Notes: a model not told the origin generated them from the sequence alone. Counted from the stretch's first letter, positions 10,111-18,805 are shown. The stretch is DNA of 64,000 nt from Patescibacteria group bacterium (GCA_041649155.1 JBAZNP010000001.1:366564-430563); one strand, 5' to 3'. Numbers and translations are program-made.

Positions 10111-11214
10111 CTAAGCATCTATTTTCAACGGCATAACAATATAGACAAAATCTTTATCTTTCCCTGATTTTATAATTCCGGCTGAAGCGTCATCATTTAG
10201 TTCAAAAATAACTTTATCCGATTGGACAACCTGCAGAACATCAAGCACATAGCGAACGTTGAAAGCTATTTCGATTTCTCCTCCGCTCACTTCAGCGGCA
10301 ATTTTAGATACTGTATCGCCCGCCTCATTGGCCATAGAAGAAATTAGCAAAGTCTGGCCTTCGGTTTTTATCCTTACATTATTAGCAGAATTTTTGGCAA
10401 ACAATGCCGACATCTTAACCGCTGACAATAATTCTGAATATTGAACTGTGGCTTTAATCTTAGAGCTAGAAGGAATGATCTGCGAATATGGCGGAAACGC
10501 GCCTTCAATAAGACGAGAAATAATTTGTGTCTCACCTACTTTAAATAAAATCTGATTTTCTGTTGATGATATTGATATAGCCTCAGATTCATCACCACTA
10601 GAAATCCTGAGTACTTCTGCCATCGTTCTAGATGGGACAATAAATTTTTTATCAGACAAATCCTCTTCTAAATGTATTTTCTTTTCTGACAACCTATATG
10701 AATCAGTGGCAGCTAAAGTTAGTATTTTTCCGTTAAATACAAAATAGATGCCAGCTAAAACTGGTCTGGTTTCATCATTGGCTGGCGCAATAGAGACTTT
10801 TTTTGTGGCGTCAATAAAAACTTCCTTTTTTATTGAGCAAAAAAGATCCTTGGAAAGCAAAGGGATTGTTGGAAATTCTTCAGCTGATATCCCATTAATA
10901 TTTGCTTCATAATGTTTTGATTTAAGGTTTAAAGATGTTCCCTTTGTGGAAAACTCAATAGACTCATCATTATTATTAATAATAAACTCCGTCAACAACC
11001 TTGCCGGGATAGTTAGTTTCCCATCTTCCTCCACCTTCCCTGTAGTTTGAGTGGTAATTGCTATCTCTAGGTCAGTGGCCGAAAGCTGTATCTTCCCCTT
11101 TTCAGCTGTGATTAAAATATTACCAAGCACAGGCAATGTTGTTCTTGAACTTACAATTCTTGAAACCTGATTTAAAGCCTTGGCAAAACTTGATTGAAAA
11201 GTTGTAAATTTCAT
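10111..11214 (-). CDS. dnaN: DNA polymerase III beta clamp
   Basis: SATDLEI, RPVLAGI, ATDSYRL, SRLIEG, YIVMPL. Confidence 0.97.
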   Translation of the reverse strand: MKFTTFQSSFAKALNQVSRIVSSRTTLPVLGNILITAEKGKIQLSATDLEIAITTQTTGKVEEDGKLTIPARLLTEFIINNNDESIEFSTKGTSLNLKSKHYEANINGISAEEFPTIPLLSKDLFCSIKKEVFIDATKKVSIAPANDETRPVLAGIYFVFNGKILTLAATDSYRLSEKKIHLEEDLSDKKFIVPSRTMAEVLRISSGDESEAISISSTENQILFKVGETQIISRLIEGAFPPYSQIIPSSSKIKATVQYSELLSAVKMSALFAKNSANNVRIKTEGQTLLISSMANEAGDTVSKIAAEVSGGEIEIAFNVRYVLDVLQVVQSDKVIFELNDDASAGIIKSGKDKDFVYIVMPLKIDA

Positions 11215-11264
11215 TATTTCTCCTTTATTTTAACTATTTGACTTAATACTCAATTTCTTTCCCA

Positions 11265-11381
11265 TGTCATCCCGACCAATGTGGAGGGATCTTCCAATAG
11301 TAATTCAATCTATTTTTAAGATTTCCCTGCCTGCCGGCAGGCAGGTCCACCCCCAGACAAAGCTGAGGAGTCGAAATGACA
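11265..11381. repeat. GTCAT-tagged bipartite palindrome with nested 20-bp palindrome
   Basis: TGTCATCCCGACC..GGAGGGATCT ... GTCGAAATGACA; CCTGCCTGCCGGCAGGCAGG at 11326-11345. Confidence 0.85.
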
Positions 11382-11396
11382 GCAATTATGTGAGAC

Positions 11397-11468
11397 CCCT
11401 CCACTTTCCACCTTCCACTTTCTACCTTCTACTTTCTACTTTCCACTTTCTACTTTCTACTTTCCACT
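11397..11468. repeat. Heptamer tandem repeat TTTC(C/T)AC, about 10 units
   Basis: Read directly. Confidence 0.9.
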
Positions 11469-11469
11469 T

Positions 11470-11838
11470 ACCCATATATCCACATTTTTCCTTAATATTG
11501 TTGATAACTTTATTTTTTTAACCTTAAATTACTTAGTCCCACATTTTAAATTTTAAATTTTAAATTTTCAGTGTGGATATCCCTGTTTTTTGCTGGTTAA
11601 TTGTGTGGATATGTTGTGTCTTTTTCTTTTCATTAGTTTCTACTAGTTTGTTTATCCCCAGTTTTTTCTTTTTATCTACAGTTTTTACCTTACAAATCCA
11701 CCATTTAGTCCACAACTCTGTTTATAATTTTTCATTTGCTGCTTTTACTTTTTATACTTTTCAACAGTTTCCACAATACTTATTACTACTATTACTGTAT
11801 CTATATATTATTGTTATATAACCAGAGGAGTGGATAAT
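11470..11838. other. oriC: Replication origin oriC (DnaA boxes, DnaA-trios, AT-rich unwinding region)
   Basis: DnaA-box-like 9-mers at 11476, 11572, 11604, 11652, 11672, 11758, 11767, 11829; TAT-TAC-TAC-TAT-TAC at 11781; between dnaA and dnaN; + strand appears to shift from A/C-rich to G/T-rich. Confidence 0.85.
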
Positions 11839-13227
11839 TTATTTTAATGTAGAGAAAATTTTATCTTTAATTATAGATAAATCATCTTTTAATGTTTGGT
11901 TTGAAGATATTTCTGATTCAATCTTGTTGCATCCATGCATAATCGTAGAATGATCTTTTCCTCCCATTTCTCGTCCGATTTCAGGAAATGAAAGATTTGC
12001 TTCATGTCTCAATAAATACATTGTGATTTGTCTTGGCATAACAATCTCTTTTGTGCGCTTTTTCCCAAGTAAATCCTCAATTGGAACTTGGTAGTATTTA
12101 TGGACTTCTCTAATAATCAACTCTGGTGTAATTGACCTTTTTTTATTTGTAATAATATTGCCAAGAATTTCCGAAGTTTTTTCTAATGTTAATTCACAAT
12201 TCATTAGTTCGCAGGTGGCTATAATCTTTGTAAAAGCACCTTCAAGTTCTCTAATTGAAGACTGAACATTCTGGGCAATATAATTAATAATTATAGGATC
12301 TATCTCTAGGTTTTTAGTCTTAGCTTTTTGTAATAAGATTGCTTCTCTGGTCTCCACATCTGGTTGGCTAATATCTGTCACCATTCCACCTTCAAATCGT
12401 GTTTGTAGTCGTGATTCCAATCCTTTGATTGCTTTAGGAAAACAGTCGGAAGTTAAAACTACCTGTTTTTTGTTTTGATGCAGGTGATTAAAAGTATGAA
12501 AAAATTCTTCTTGAGTACTTTCTTTATTTGATAGGAATTGAATATCATCAATTAATAGTAAATCAACATTGCGGTATCTTTCTTTAAAATCGTTGGCTTT
12601 ACCTGATCCAGATTTAACAGCGGCGATAAACTCATTTATAAATGTTTCACTGGAAACATATAGAACGCATTTATTGGGATATTTTTTTAAGAACTCATTG
12701 CCAATAGCCTGCATTAAATGAGTTTTACCTAAGCCTGAATCTCCATAGATATAAAGTGGGTTATAAGTATCACCAGGATTCTTTGATACTGCTAATGCTG
12801 CTGCATGAGCTAATTGGTTTGATGCTCCAACTATGAAGTTATTAAATCGGTATGAACCATTTAGGGTTATGTTTTGAGGTAAGGATTGTGGTTTTGCTGT
12901 GGGAATTTTTAAGGTTGGTTTTTCCACAGGGGTGTGGACAACTTTGTTTTTTTCGAACTTTATAATCTGATCAGGAGAAGGTGATGCGATTTTAAATTTT
13001 ATAACTTGGATTTGATCTTCAACCTGTTTTTGCAATGCTTTGGTGATGTCTTTTAAGTACTTTTTCTTTAACCAGTCTTCAACAAAAAAAGTTGGCACTC
13101 CAATCGTAAAAACGCCTTTATTGTAGCTAAGAATGAAAGTGTTTTTGAACCATGTTTCAAAATTGGCTCTTGATAGAGTGATTTGTAATTCTCCTAGGAC
13201 ATTGCGCCAAGTTTCAGTGTAATCCAT
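11839..13227 (-). CDS. dnaA: Chromosomal replication initiator DnaA
   Basis: YNPLYIYGDSGLGKTHL, LLIDDIQF, GGKDHSTIMH; start moved to MDYTETW with SD GGAG. Confidence 0.97.
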   Translation of the reverse strand: MDYTETWRNVLGELQITLSRANFETWFKNTFILSYNKGVFTIGVPTFFVEDWLKKKYLKDITKALQKQVEDQIQVIKFKIASPSPDQIIKFEKNKVVHTPVEKPTLKIPTAKPQSLPQNITLNGSYRFNNFIVGASNQLAHAAALAVSKNPGDTYNPLYIYGDSGLGKTHLMQAIGNEFLKKYPNKCVLYVSSETFINEFIAAVKSGSGKANDFKERYRNVDLLLIDDIQFLSNKESTQEEFFHTFNHLHQNKKQVVLTSDCFPKAIKGLESRLQTRFEGGMVTDISQPDVETREAILLQKAKTKNLEIDPIIINYIAQNVQSSIRELEGAFTKIIATCELMNCELTLEKTSEILGNIITNKKRSITPELIIREVHKYYQVPIEDLLGKKRTKEIVMPRQITMYLLRHEANLSFPEIGREMGGKDHSTIMHGCNKIESEISSNQTLKDDLSIIKDKIFSTLK

Positions 13228-13270
13228 AGCATCTTCTCCTTCTTTCTTATTGTAATTGAAATATAGCAAG

Positions 13271-13279
13271 TTATCCACA
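13271..13279 (+). promoter_or_regulatory. Perfect DnaA box upstream of dnaA
   Basis: TTATCCACA. Confidence 0.8.
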
Positions 13280-13356
13280 GGGGAAGTCAATACGCCGAAG
13301 GTCGCAGGGCAATATATTAATTTTTTAAATAGCCTAATTTTAAGTTTTAAAATAAT

Positions 13357-13443
13357 TGTCATTTCGACCCCCCGACTTGTCGGGGTTGGAGAAATCTTAT
13401 GATTAGATGTTTTAAAGATCCCTCCACGTTGGTCGGGATGACA
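13357..13443. repeat. GTCAT-tagged bipartite palindrome without nested insert
   Basis: TGTCATTTCGACC..GGAGAAATCT ... AGATCCCTCCAC..GGTCGGGATGACA. Confidence 0.85.
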
Positions 13444-13500
13444 ACGGTGAGATGTTTGAGATTAGAAAGTAAGCACATTATGATTGTAACTCCTTTGCTC

Positions 13501-13529
13501 TTGCTTTGGTCTCGTTTTTGTGTTAATAT
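13501..13529 (+). promoter_or_regulatory. Sigma70 promoter of rpmH
   Basis: TTGCTT-17bp-TAATAT with extended TG, 9 nt before ATG. Confidence 0.6.
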
Positions 13530-13538
13530 CTTTCTGTT

Positions 13539-13673
13539 ATGAAGAGAACATTTCAAGGAAATAAAAGACGTAGAGCAAAAAAACATGGCTTCTTTGAGCG
13601 CATGTCTTCTTTGGCTGGGAGAAATATCTTAAAGCGAAGACGTGCTAAAGGAAGAAAAGTTTTATCTGCTTAA
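13539..13673 (+). CDS. rpmH: 50S ribosomal protein L34 (absent from ORF track)
   Basis: [44 protein letters not shown], divergent from dnaA. Confidence 0.97.
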   Translation: MKRTFQGNKRRRAKKHGFFERMSSLAGRNILKRRRAKGRKVLSA

Positions 13674-13699
13674 GTGCAAGAGATTATTTTTCGTGCGAT

Positions 13700-13726
13700 A
13701 ATGAGCTTGCGAGCTCATTTTTTTTA
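13700..13726 (+). terminator. Intrinsic terminator after rpmH
   Basis: AATGAGCT..AGCTCATT followed by T run. Confidence 0.7.
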
Positions 13727-13744
13727 TTTACTTAATATATCCTG

Positions 13745-14213
13745 TGTCATTCCCAATTTTAACTCGTCATTCCCGCGAAGGCGGGAATCTACTAAAGATG
13801 AAATACTATGTATATATTCTTACAAGTGAGTTTAATGGCACATTATATATTGGTGTAACTAATAACTTAGTGAAAAGAGTTTGGGAGCATAAAAACAAGT
13901 TGTTAGAGGGATTTACTAAAAAGTTTAATGTTTCTTTACTTGTTTATTATGAAGAATATTTAGATATTAGAGATGCGATTGAAAGAGAAAAAAGAATGAA
14001 AAAGTGGAATCGTCAATGGAAAGTTAACCTTATTGAAAAATCCAACCCTTCATGGAATGATTTATATGATAAAATAGTTAATTAGTAGATCCTTAAAGCA
14101 CCTTCCCATCTTTGTCATCCCCGCGTAGGCGGGGATCCACGATAGTAAAATCTTAAAACTATTAGTAGATTCCCCTCTTCAGGGGAATGACAAAGAAAAT
14201 AATGGGAATGATA
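13745..14213. mobile_element. GIY-YIG cassette bounded by inverted GTCAT palindromes
   Basis: Left GTCATTCCCGCGAAGGCGGGAATCTACTAA (13766-13795), right TTAGTAGATTCCCCTCTTCAGGGGAATGAC (14162-14191), extra copy at 14113-14139; splits rpmH from rnpA. Confidence 0.6.
13798..14085 (+). CDS. Small GIY-YIG nuclease family protein
   Basis: YYVYIL..TLYIGVTNNLVKRVWEHK..AIEREKRMKKWNRQWK..NPSWNDL. Confidence 0.92.
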   Translation: MKYYVYILTSEFNGTLYIGVTNNLVKRVWEHKNKLLEGFTKKFNVSLLVYYEEYLDIRDAIEREKRMKKWNRQWKVNLIEKSNPSWNDLYDKIVN

Positions 14214-14232
14214 AATGTAAATAATCCAAATT

Positions 14233-14622
14233 ATGCTTCCAAAAGAATTTAGATTACAAAAGAGCGTAGATTTTCAGAAAGTATTTAAACATTCAAAGCC
14301 AGTTAGAACGGCGAATTTGAGTTTTAGAGTATTTAAAAATCCAAAAAATATTCGGGATGATAAACAGCCTCAAATGAGGTTTGGTTTTATCATTAGTAAT
14401 AAGATTGATAAAAGAGCCGTAAGGCGCAACGCCTTAAAAAGGCAACTTCGTCAAATCGCATCAGACTTGATTTCCGAGCTTGAAAGCGGATATGATATAG
14501 TAACTGTTGTTAATGAGGATTTTCCTTATCCTTATGAACAGGATGAGATTAAAAAGCAGTTTATAGAGGGAATGCAAAAAACAGGAGTGCTAGGTGATAA
14601 AAATTCTTGTAAAGATAATTGA
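14233..14622 (+). CDS. rnpA: Ribonuclease P protein component
   Basis: MLPKEFRL, RFGFIISNKIDKRAVRRNALKR. Confidence 0.93.
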   Translation: MLPKEFRLQKSVDFQKVFKHSKPVRTANLSFRVFKNPKNIRDDKQPQMRFGFIISNKIDKRAVRRNALKRQLRQIASDLISELESGYDIVTVVNEDFPYPYEQDEIKKQFIEGMQKTGVLGDKNSCKDN

Positions 14623-14824
14623 GATTTATCAGCGTACCCTGTCTCCTGATACTGGCTGGTTTAGATCAAGGTTCCCTGGCGGATATTGTAAATATTCTCC
14701 TAATTGTTCTGAATATTGCAAGCAATCGATTGAAAAGCACGGAGTGGTCCGCGGAATCACTAAAGGGGCATGGAGAGTGATTAGATGTAATCCTTGGAGT
14801 AAGGGTGGTTACGATCCGGTGTAA
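14594..14824 (+). CDS. yidD: Membrane protein insertion efficiency factor YidD
   Basis: YQRTLSP, CKYSPNCSEY, RCNPWSKGGYDPV. Confidence 0.95.
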   Translation: MIKILVKIIEIYQRTLSPDTGWFRSRFPGGYCKYSPNCSEYCKQSIEKHGVVRGITKGAWRVIRCNPWSKGGYDPV

Positions 14825-14877
14825 CAAATTTTAAAACATTTCAAATTAAAAACGATAAATTCTAAATTAATAAACTT

Positions 14878-15771
14878 ATGATTAACTTCTTTAAAATAAT
14901 TTTATATAATCCGCTTTATAACATATTGATCTTCTTGGCATGGCTTGTTCCGGGCCATTCGATTGGCTGTGCAATTGTTATTTTAACTATAATAATTAGA
15001 CTTTTATTATGGCCGAATTCAATTAAGGCGGCCAGAGCACAGGTAAAAATGCAGGCAATCCAGCCTGAGATTAACCGGCTAAGAAAAGAGGTAAAAGATC
15101 AGCAGGAACAAGGTAGAGCTTTGATGGCTCTTTATAAAAAAGAAGGGGTGTCCCCTTTTGGCTCTTGCCTCCCCCTTTTAATTCAAATGCCCATTATTAT
15201 TGTTCTCTACCAAGTGTTTAGAGCTGGAATTAATGAATCTAACTTTTCTCTTCTTTATGGTTTTGTCCCTCACCCTGAAATAATAAACCAATATTTTCTT
15301 GGTATTAATCTATCTAAACCCGATCTTTGGGTACTGCCAATCCTGGCCGGTTTAACTCAGTTCGCTCTTTCTTATCTAATGCAGCCTAAAGTGGCTTTGA
15401 ACTCAAAAGAAGAGGATGATAAACCAAAGGAAATGGACCCAATGCAGATGGCGAACAAGCAAATGGTTTATTTTTTTCCTTTAATCACAGTCTTCTTTGC
15501 AAGATCTGTGCCTGCTGCGTTGAGCATCTACTGGGTTGTCACCACATTATTCGGTATCATCCAGCAGTTATATGTAAACAAACATATTAGAAAAGAAAAG
15601 TTTGCTCAAAAAGCTGTAGTAGAGGCGGCTGAAGCAGTCGATGAGATAGAGAAAGAGATTAAAACTCACGACAAGCCAAAGAAAAATGACTATCTGGCAA
15701 AAATGATGAACAAACGTCTTGATAAACAGGAAAAAAAGAGCGGTGTAGAGGTGACGATCAGGAAGAAATAA
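14878..15771 (+). CDS. yidC: Membrane protein insertase YidC
   Basis: IIIRLLLWP, GSCLPLLIQMP, PAALSIYW. Confidence 0.95.
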   Translation: MINFFKIILYNPLYNILIFLAWLVPGHSIGCAIVILTIIIRLLLWPNSIKAARAQVKMQAIQPEINRLRKEVKDQQEQGRALMALYKKEGVSPFGSCLPLLIQMPIIIVLYQVFRAGINESNFSLLYGFVPHPEIINQYFLGINLSKPDLWVLPILAGLTQFALSYLMQPKVALNSKEEDDKPKEMDPMQMANKQMVYFFPLITVFFARSVPAALSIYWVVTTLFGIIQQLYVNKHIRKEKFAQKAVVEAAEAVDEIEKEIKTHDKPKKNDYLAKMMNKRLDKQEKKSGVEVTIRKK

Positions 15772-15827
15772 CAACACTGATCTATCGCACTGATTGGCAC
15801 TGATAGAACAGACACAAAGGAGACATT

Positions 15828-16286
15828 ATGCATAAACATATTGAGAAAATTAAAGAAAAATCCAAAGAAGTTATTGAATTGCTAGGCTTCTCGGCTGATG
15901 TTGTTGTGGTTCAAAGAAATAATGTTCTTCTTTTGAACTTACAGGTTGATGAGCCAGCTGTGCTAATTGGACGTGGTGGTGAAGGACTGGAGTCTCTTCA
16001 ACATGTTTTAAGGTTACTTCTTGGCGAGGCAATTAGTGAAATGGGCAACATATTAGTTGTTGATATTAATGGCTATAGAGACAAGAGGATATCTTCAATT
16101 GAAAAATCAGCCAGAGAAACTGCTTTCAAGGTTATATCATCTCAAATTGAAGTTGAGCTTCCTCCGATGAATGCATTTGAGCGTAGGACTGTGCATACGC
16201 TAATCTCAAATATGGCAGATGTCGAGAGTGAGAGTTCGGGCGACTACAGAAATAGACGAGTTGTGATCAAGCCAAAGAAGAAATAA
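15828..16286 (+). CDS. jag: Jag/KhpB KH-R3H RNA-binding protein (short form)
   Basis: LIGRGGEGLESLQ, VDINGYR, PMNAFERRTVH; follows yidC. Confidence 0.88.
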   Translation: MHKHIEKIKEKSKEVIELLGFSADVVVVQRNNVLLLNLQVDEPAVLIGRGGEGLESLQHVLRLLLGEAISEMGNILVVDINGYRDKRISSIEKSARETAFKVISSQIEVELPPMNAFERRTVHTLISNMADVESESSGDYRNRRVVIKPKKK

Positions 16287-16322
16287 GTTTCTTTAAAAGT
16301 AATATGAAACGAGGGGTTGTTT

Positions 16323-16411
16323 GGAGAGGTCGCATAGTTGGTCTAGTGCGCCTGTTTCGAAAACAGGTATGGCTTCGGTCATCCAGGGTTCGAATCCCTG
16401 CCTCTCCGCCA
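16323..16411 (+). tRNA. tRNA-Ser(CGA)
   Basis: Cloverleaf with long variable arm, CCTGT-TTCGAAA-ACAGG, encoded CCA. Confidence 0.95.
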
Positions 16412-16573
16412 GTAAATGTTGCCCAGAATGGGCGATATTTACTGGCGAAAGAAGATTCGAACAGGGAAGGGGTCGGGAAACGGGAGTTTCCCGTGTCGGA
16501 AAATACTAAAAACCGAGGGTTTTTAGAAGCGAAGCGCTCGAGATCCCTGCCTCTCCGCCAGTAAATGTTGCCC
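16412..16573 (+). mobile_element. tRNA 3'-associated miniature element, copy 1
   Basis: 31-bp direct repeat 16394-16424 and 16543-16573; 84 bp identical to 31132-31215. Confidence 0.7.
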
Positions 16574-16728
16574 CAACGGGGTAATTTTTTAAATGGTAAT
16601 ATTCTTTTTTATATCTTATAATAAAATTGTTCTGGTTTATTCTTCGAGAGAGCAGAGCGACTCGAGAAGTTTAGGAAATTTAAATAGTTCTCGATAAGCT
16701 CGAACAATAAATAATCTAAGGTCTAATC

Positions 16729-18381
16729 ATGTCAAATATTGATAACACAATTTTTTATGTTAAACGCGAGGAAGAAGAAAGGCATACTGAGGAGGAAGCT
16801 AAAAGGCTAAATTTGCCGTATACAAATCTGGTCAGTTATCCTTTGACCCGCGATGTTCTGAATTGCATCGATGAGAACTCTGCTGTTATGAATAAAGTAA
16901 TCCCCTATCTTAAGGTCGGTAGAACGCTTAAAGTAGGCGTCGTGAACCCAGATGATAATGCGACCAAAAGTTTTTTAGAGGACTATCGTCAAAAAACAGG
17001 GTCCGACGTTGCAATTTCTTTGATTTCGCAGGCTAGTTTTCTTTTTGGTATTTCCTCTTATGAGAAATACAAAATTGAGGAAGCAAAGAAACAAGAAACG
17101 AAAAAAGAAGAGAGTGTTGTGTTTGAGGTTAATGATGTGAAATCAGTGGCTGAGGCTATTAAGAAGGTCAGCACAACTAAGCTTCTTGACGTGATATTAA
17201 TGGGGGCCATAAAAATTAAGAGTTCAGATATTCATTTGGAACCAACCGAAAAAGAATGTCTGGTCCGTTATCGGGTGGACGGCATTTTACAGGATGTTGT
17301 TCGATTGACTGCTGAACAGTACAAAGGCCTACTTTCGAGGATAAAGTTTTTATCAAAATTACGAATGGATATTCAGGATGCTCCGCAAGACGGCCGGTTT
17401 TCTTTTGACCCGTCGGAGAGTTTTAGTGGAGAGGATGACATTGACCTCCGTGTCTCAATAATGCCATCGACATTTGGAGAGTCCATAGTGCTTAGATTGT
17501 TGGGCCAGGAAAAATCAATTTTATCTTTAGATAAGCTTGGTTTCCGTCCGGATGCATTGAATTTAATAAGAAAAGCAATCACAAGGCCATACGGTATGAT
17601 ATTGACATCGGGCCCTACTGGAAGCGGAAAGACCTCTACTTTATACGCTATCTTAATGGAGTTAAAAAAGCCGGGTGTCAAAATTATCACTTTGGAGAAT
17701 CCGGTTGAATATCGTATTGAGGGTATAGAACAGAGCCAGATAAAACCGGGGCAGGGATACGAATTTGCAGATGGTCTAAAAGCCTCGTTAAGGCAGGACC
17801 CTGACATTTTAATGGTCGGTGAGGTGAGAGATCCGGAAACGGCCGAAATAGCTGTTCAGGCCTCATTAACGGGCCATTTATTACTTTCCACTATCCATGC
17901 CAATTCAGCGCCGGCCGTATTCCCGCGTCTTATTGAAATCGGGGTGAAACCTTTCCTCCTTTCAGGGTCGATTAATCTTGTAATGGCACAGAGATTGGTC
18001 AGAAGAACCTGCCCAAAATGTGTTGAAGAGTACTCGCCAACATCTGAAACATGGGAAGGTGTGAAAAATGCATTATCTCCTATTAAGAACAAGCTTGATG
18101 TAAGCTTACAAAATCTTCTTAATCAATCTCTTCCTAAGCTTAAAAAAGGCAAAGGATGCAGCTCATGTAATAGCTCTGGTTTTTCCGGCAGACAAGTTAT
18201 TGTTGAAGTATTCGCTCCTGATGATACTGTTGAAGCTCTAATCTCCAAGAAGGCATCAATATCTGATTTTACTAAAGCTGCAGCAGCGCAGGGGATGGTT
18301 TCAATGGAGCAGGACGGTCTAATAAAAGCCTTGATGGGAGAGACTACTATCGATGAAGTCTGGAGAGTGACGAAAAGCTAA
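16729..18381 (+). CDS. PilB/GspE family pilus assembly ATPase
   Basis: SDIHLEP, PQDGRF, GPTGSGKTS, LRQDPDILMVGEVRD, CxxC pairs. Confidence 0.93.
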   Translation: MSNIDNTIFYVKREEEERHTEEEAKRLNLPYTNLVSYPLTRDVLNCIDENSAVMNKVIPYLKVGRTLKVGVVNPDDNATKSFLEDYRQKTGSDVAISLISQASFLFGISSYEKYKIEEAKKQETKKEESVVFEVNDVKSVAEAIKKVSTTKLLDVILMGAIKIKSSDIHLEPTEKECLVRYRVDGILQDVVRLTAEQYKGLLSRIKFLSKLRMDIQDAPQDGRFSFDPSESFSGEDDIDLRVSIMPSTFGESIVLRLLGQEKSILSLDKLGFRPDALNLIRKAITRPYGMILTSGPTGSGKTSTLYAILMELKKPGVKIITLENPVEYRIEGIEQSQIKPGQGYEFADGLKASLRQDPDILMVGEVRDPETAEIAVQASLTGHLLLSTIHANSAPAVFPRLIEIGVKPFLLSGSINLVMAQRLVRRTCPKCVEEYSPTSETWEGVKNALSPIKNKLDVSLQNLLNQSLPKLKKGKGCSSCNSSGFSGRQVIVEVFAPDDTVEALISKKASISDFTKAAAAQGMVSMEQDGLIKALMGETTIDEVWRVTKS

Positions 18382-18383
18382 AG

Positions 18384-18800
18384 AAGATAACAGTATACAG
18401 ATAACAGAATGAATAAAATAACAACATTTAAAGATTTAGTTGTTTGGCAAAAGTCACATCAGTTAACACTTTTAGTTTATAAAGCAGTTGCGCGATTTCC
18501 ACGTTTTGAAGAATTTGGGTTATCTAGTCAGATGAGAAGATGCTCGTCATCCGTTCCATCGAATATTGCAGAGGGATTTAAAAAGAATTCGACAAAAGAC
18601 AGCCTTCATTTTTATAATATTGCAGAATGTTCTTTGGAAGAATTAAAATATCAACTAATTTTAGCTAGAGATTTGAGCTATATTGATAATAATGGATACG
18701 ACACACTTGATAGTTTAGCGGAAGAAGTCAGTAAAGTGCTTTACGGCTGGATAAAAAGCCACAAACAGTAGCTGTAATCTGTCTAACTGTTATCTGTATA
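18384..18800. mobile_element. Four-helix-bundle cassette flanked by inverted CAGATAA heptamer tracts
   Basis: AAGATAA CAGTATA CAGATAA CAGAATG upstream; CTGTAAT CTGTCTA..CTGTTAT CTGTATA downstream. Confidence 0.5.
18409..18771 (+). CDS. Four helix bundle protein (23S rRNA IVP/Avd-like)
   Basis: FKDLVVWQKS, FPRFEEFGLSSQMRR, SVPSNIAEGF, SLEEL. Confidence 0.93.
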   Translation: MNKITTFKDLVVWQKSHQLTLLVYKAVARFPRFEEFGLSSQMRRCSSSVPSNIAEGFKKNSTKDSLHFYNIAECSLEELKYQLILARDLSYIDNNGYDTLDSLAEEVSKVLYGWIKSHKQ

Positions 18801-18805
18801 CTAGC

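Noticed and set aside
11397-11468. CRISPR array
   Set aside because: 7-bp tandem units with no spacers; no regularly spaced repeats or cas genes in the window
11264-11821. ORFs of 85 and 82 aa
   Set aside because: They run through palindromes, heptamer repeats and oriC; low complexity
13228-13362. 45-aa N-terminal extension of DnaA
   Set aside because: Covers the promoter and DnaA box; SD supports the start at 13227
16304-16564. Similar short ORFs at 16304/16321 and 30954/31060
   Set aside because: They are translations of tRNA-Ser genes and the shared downstream element
18409-18771. Diversity-generating retroelement (Avd-like gene)
   Set aside because: No reverse transcriptase and no TR/VR pair with adenine-specific mismatches seen
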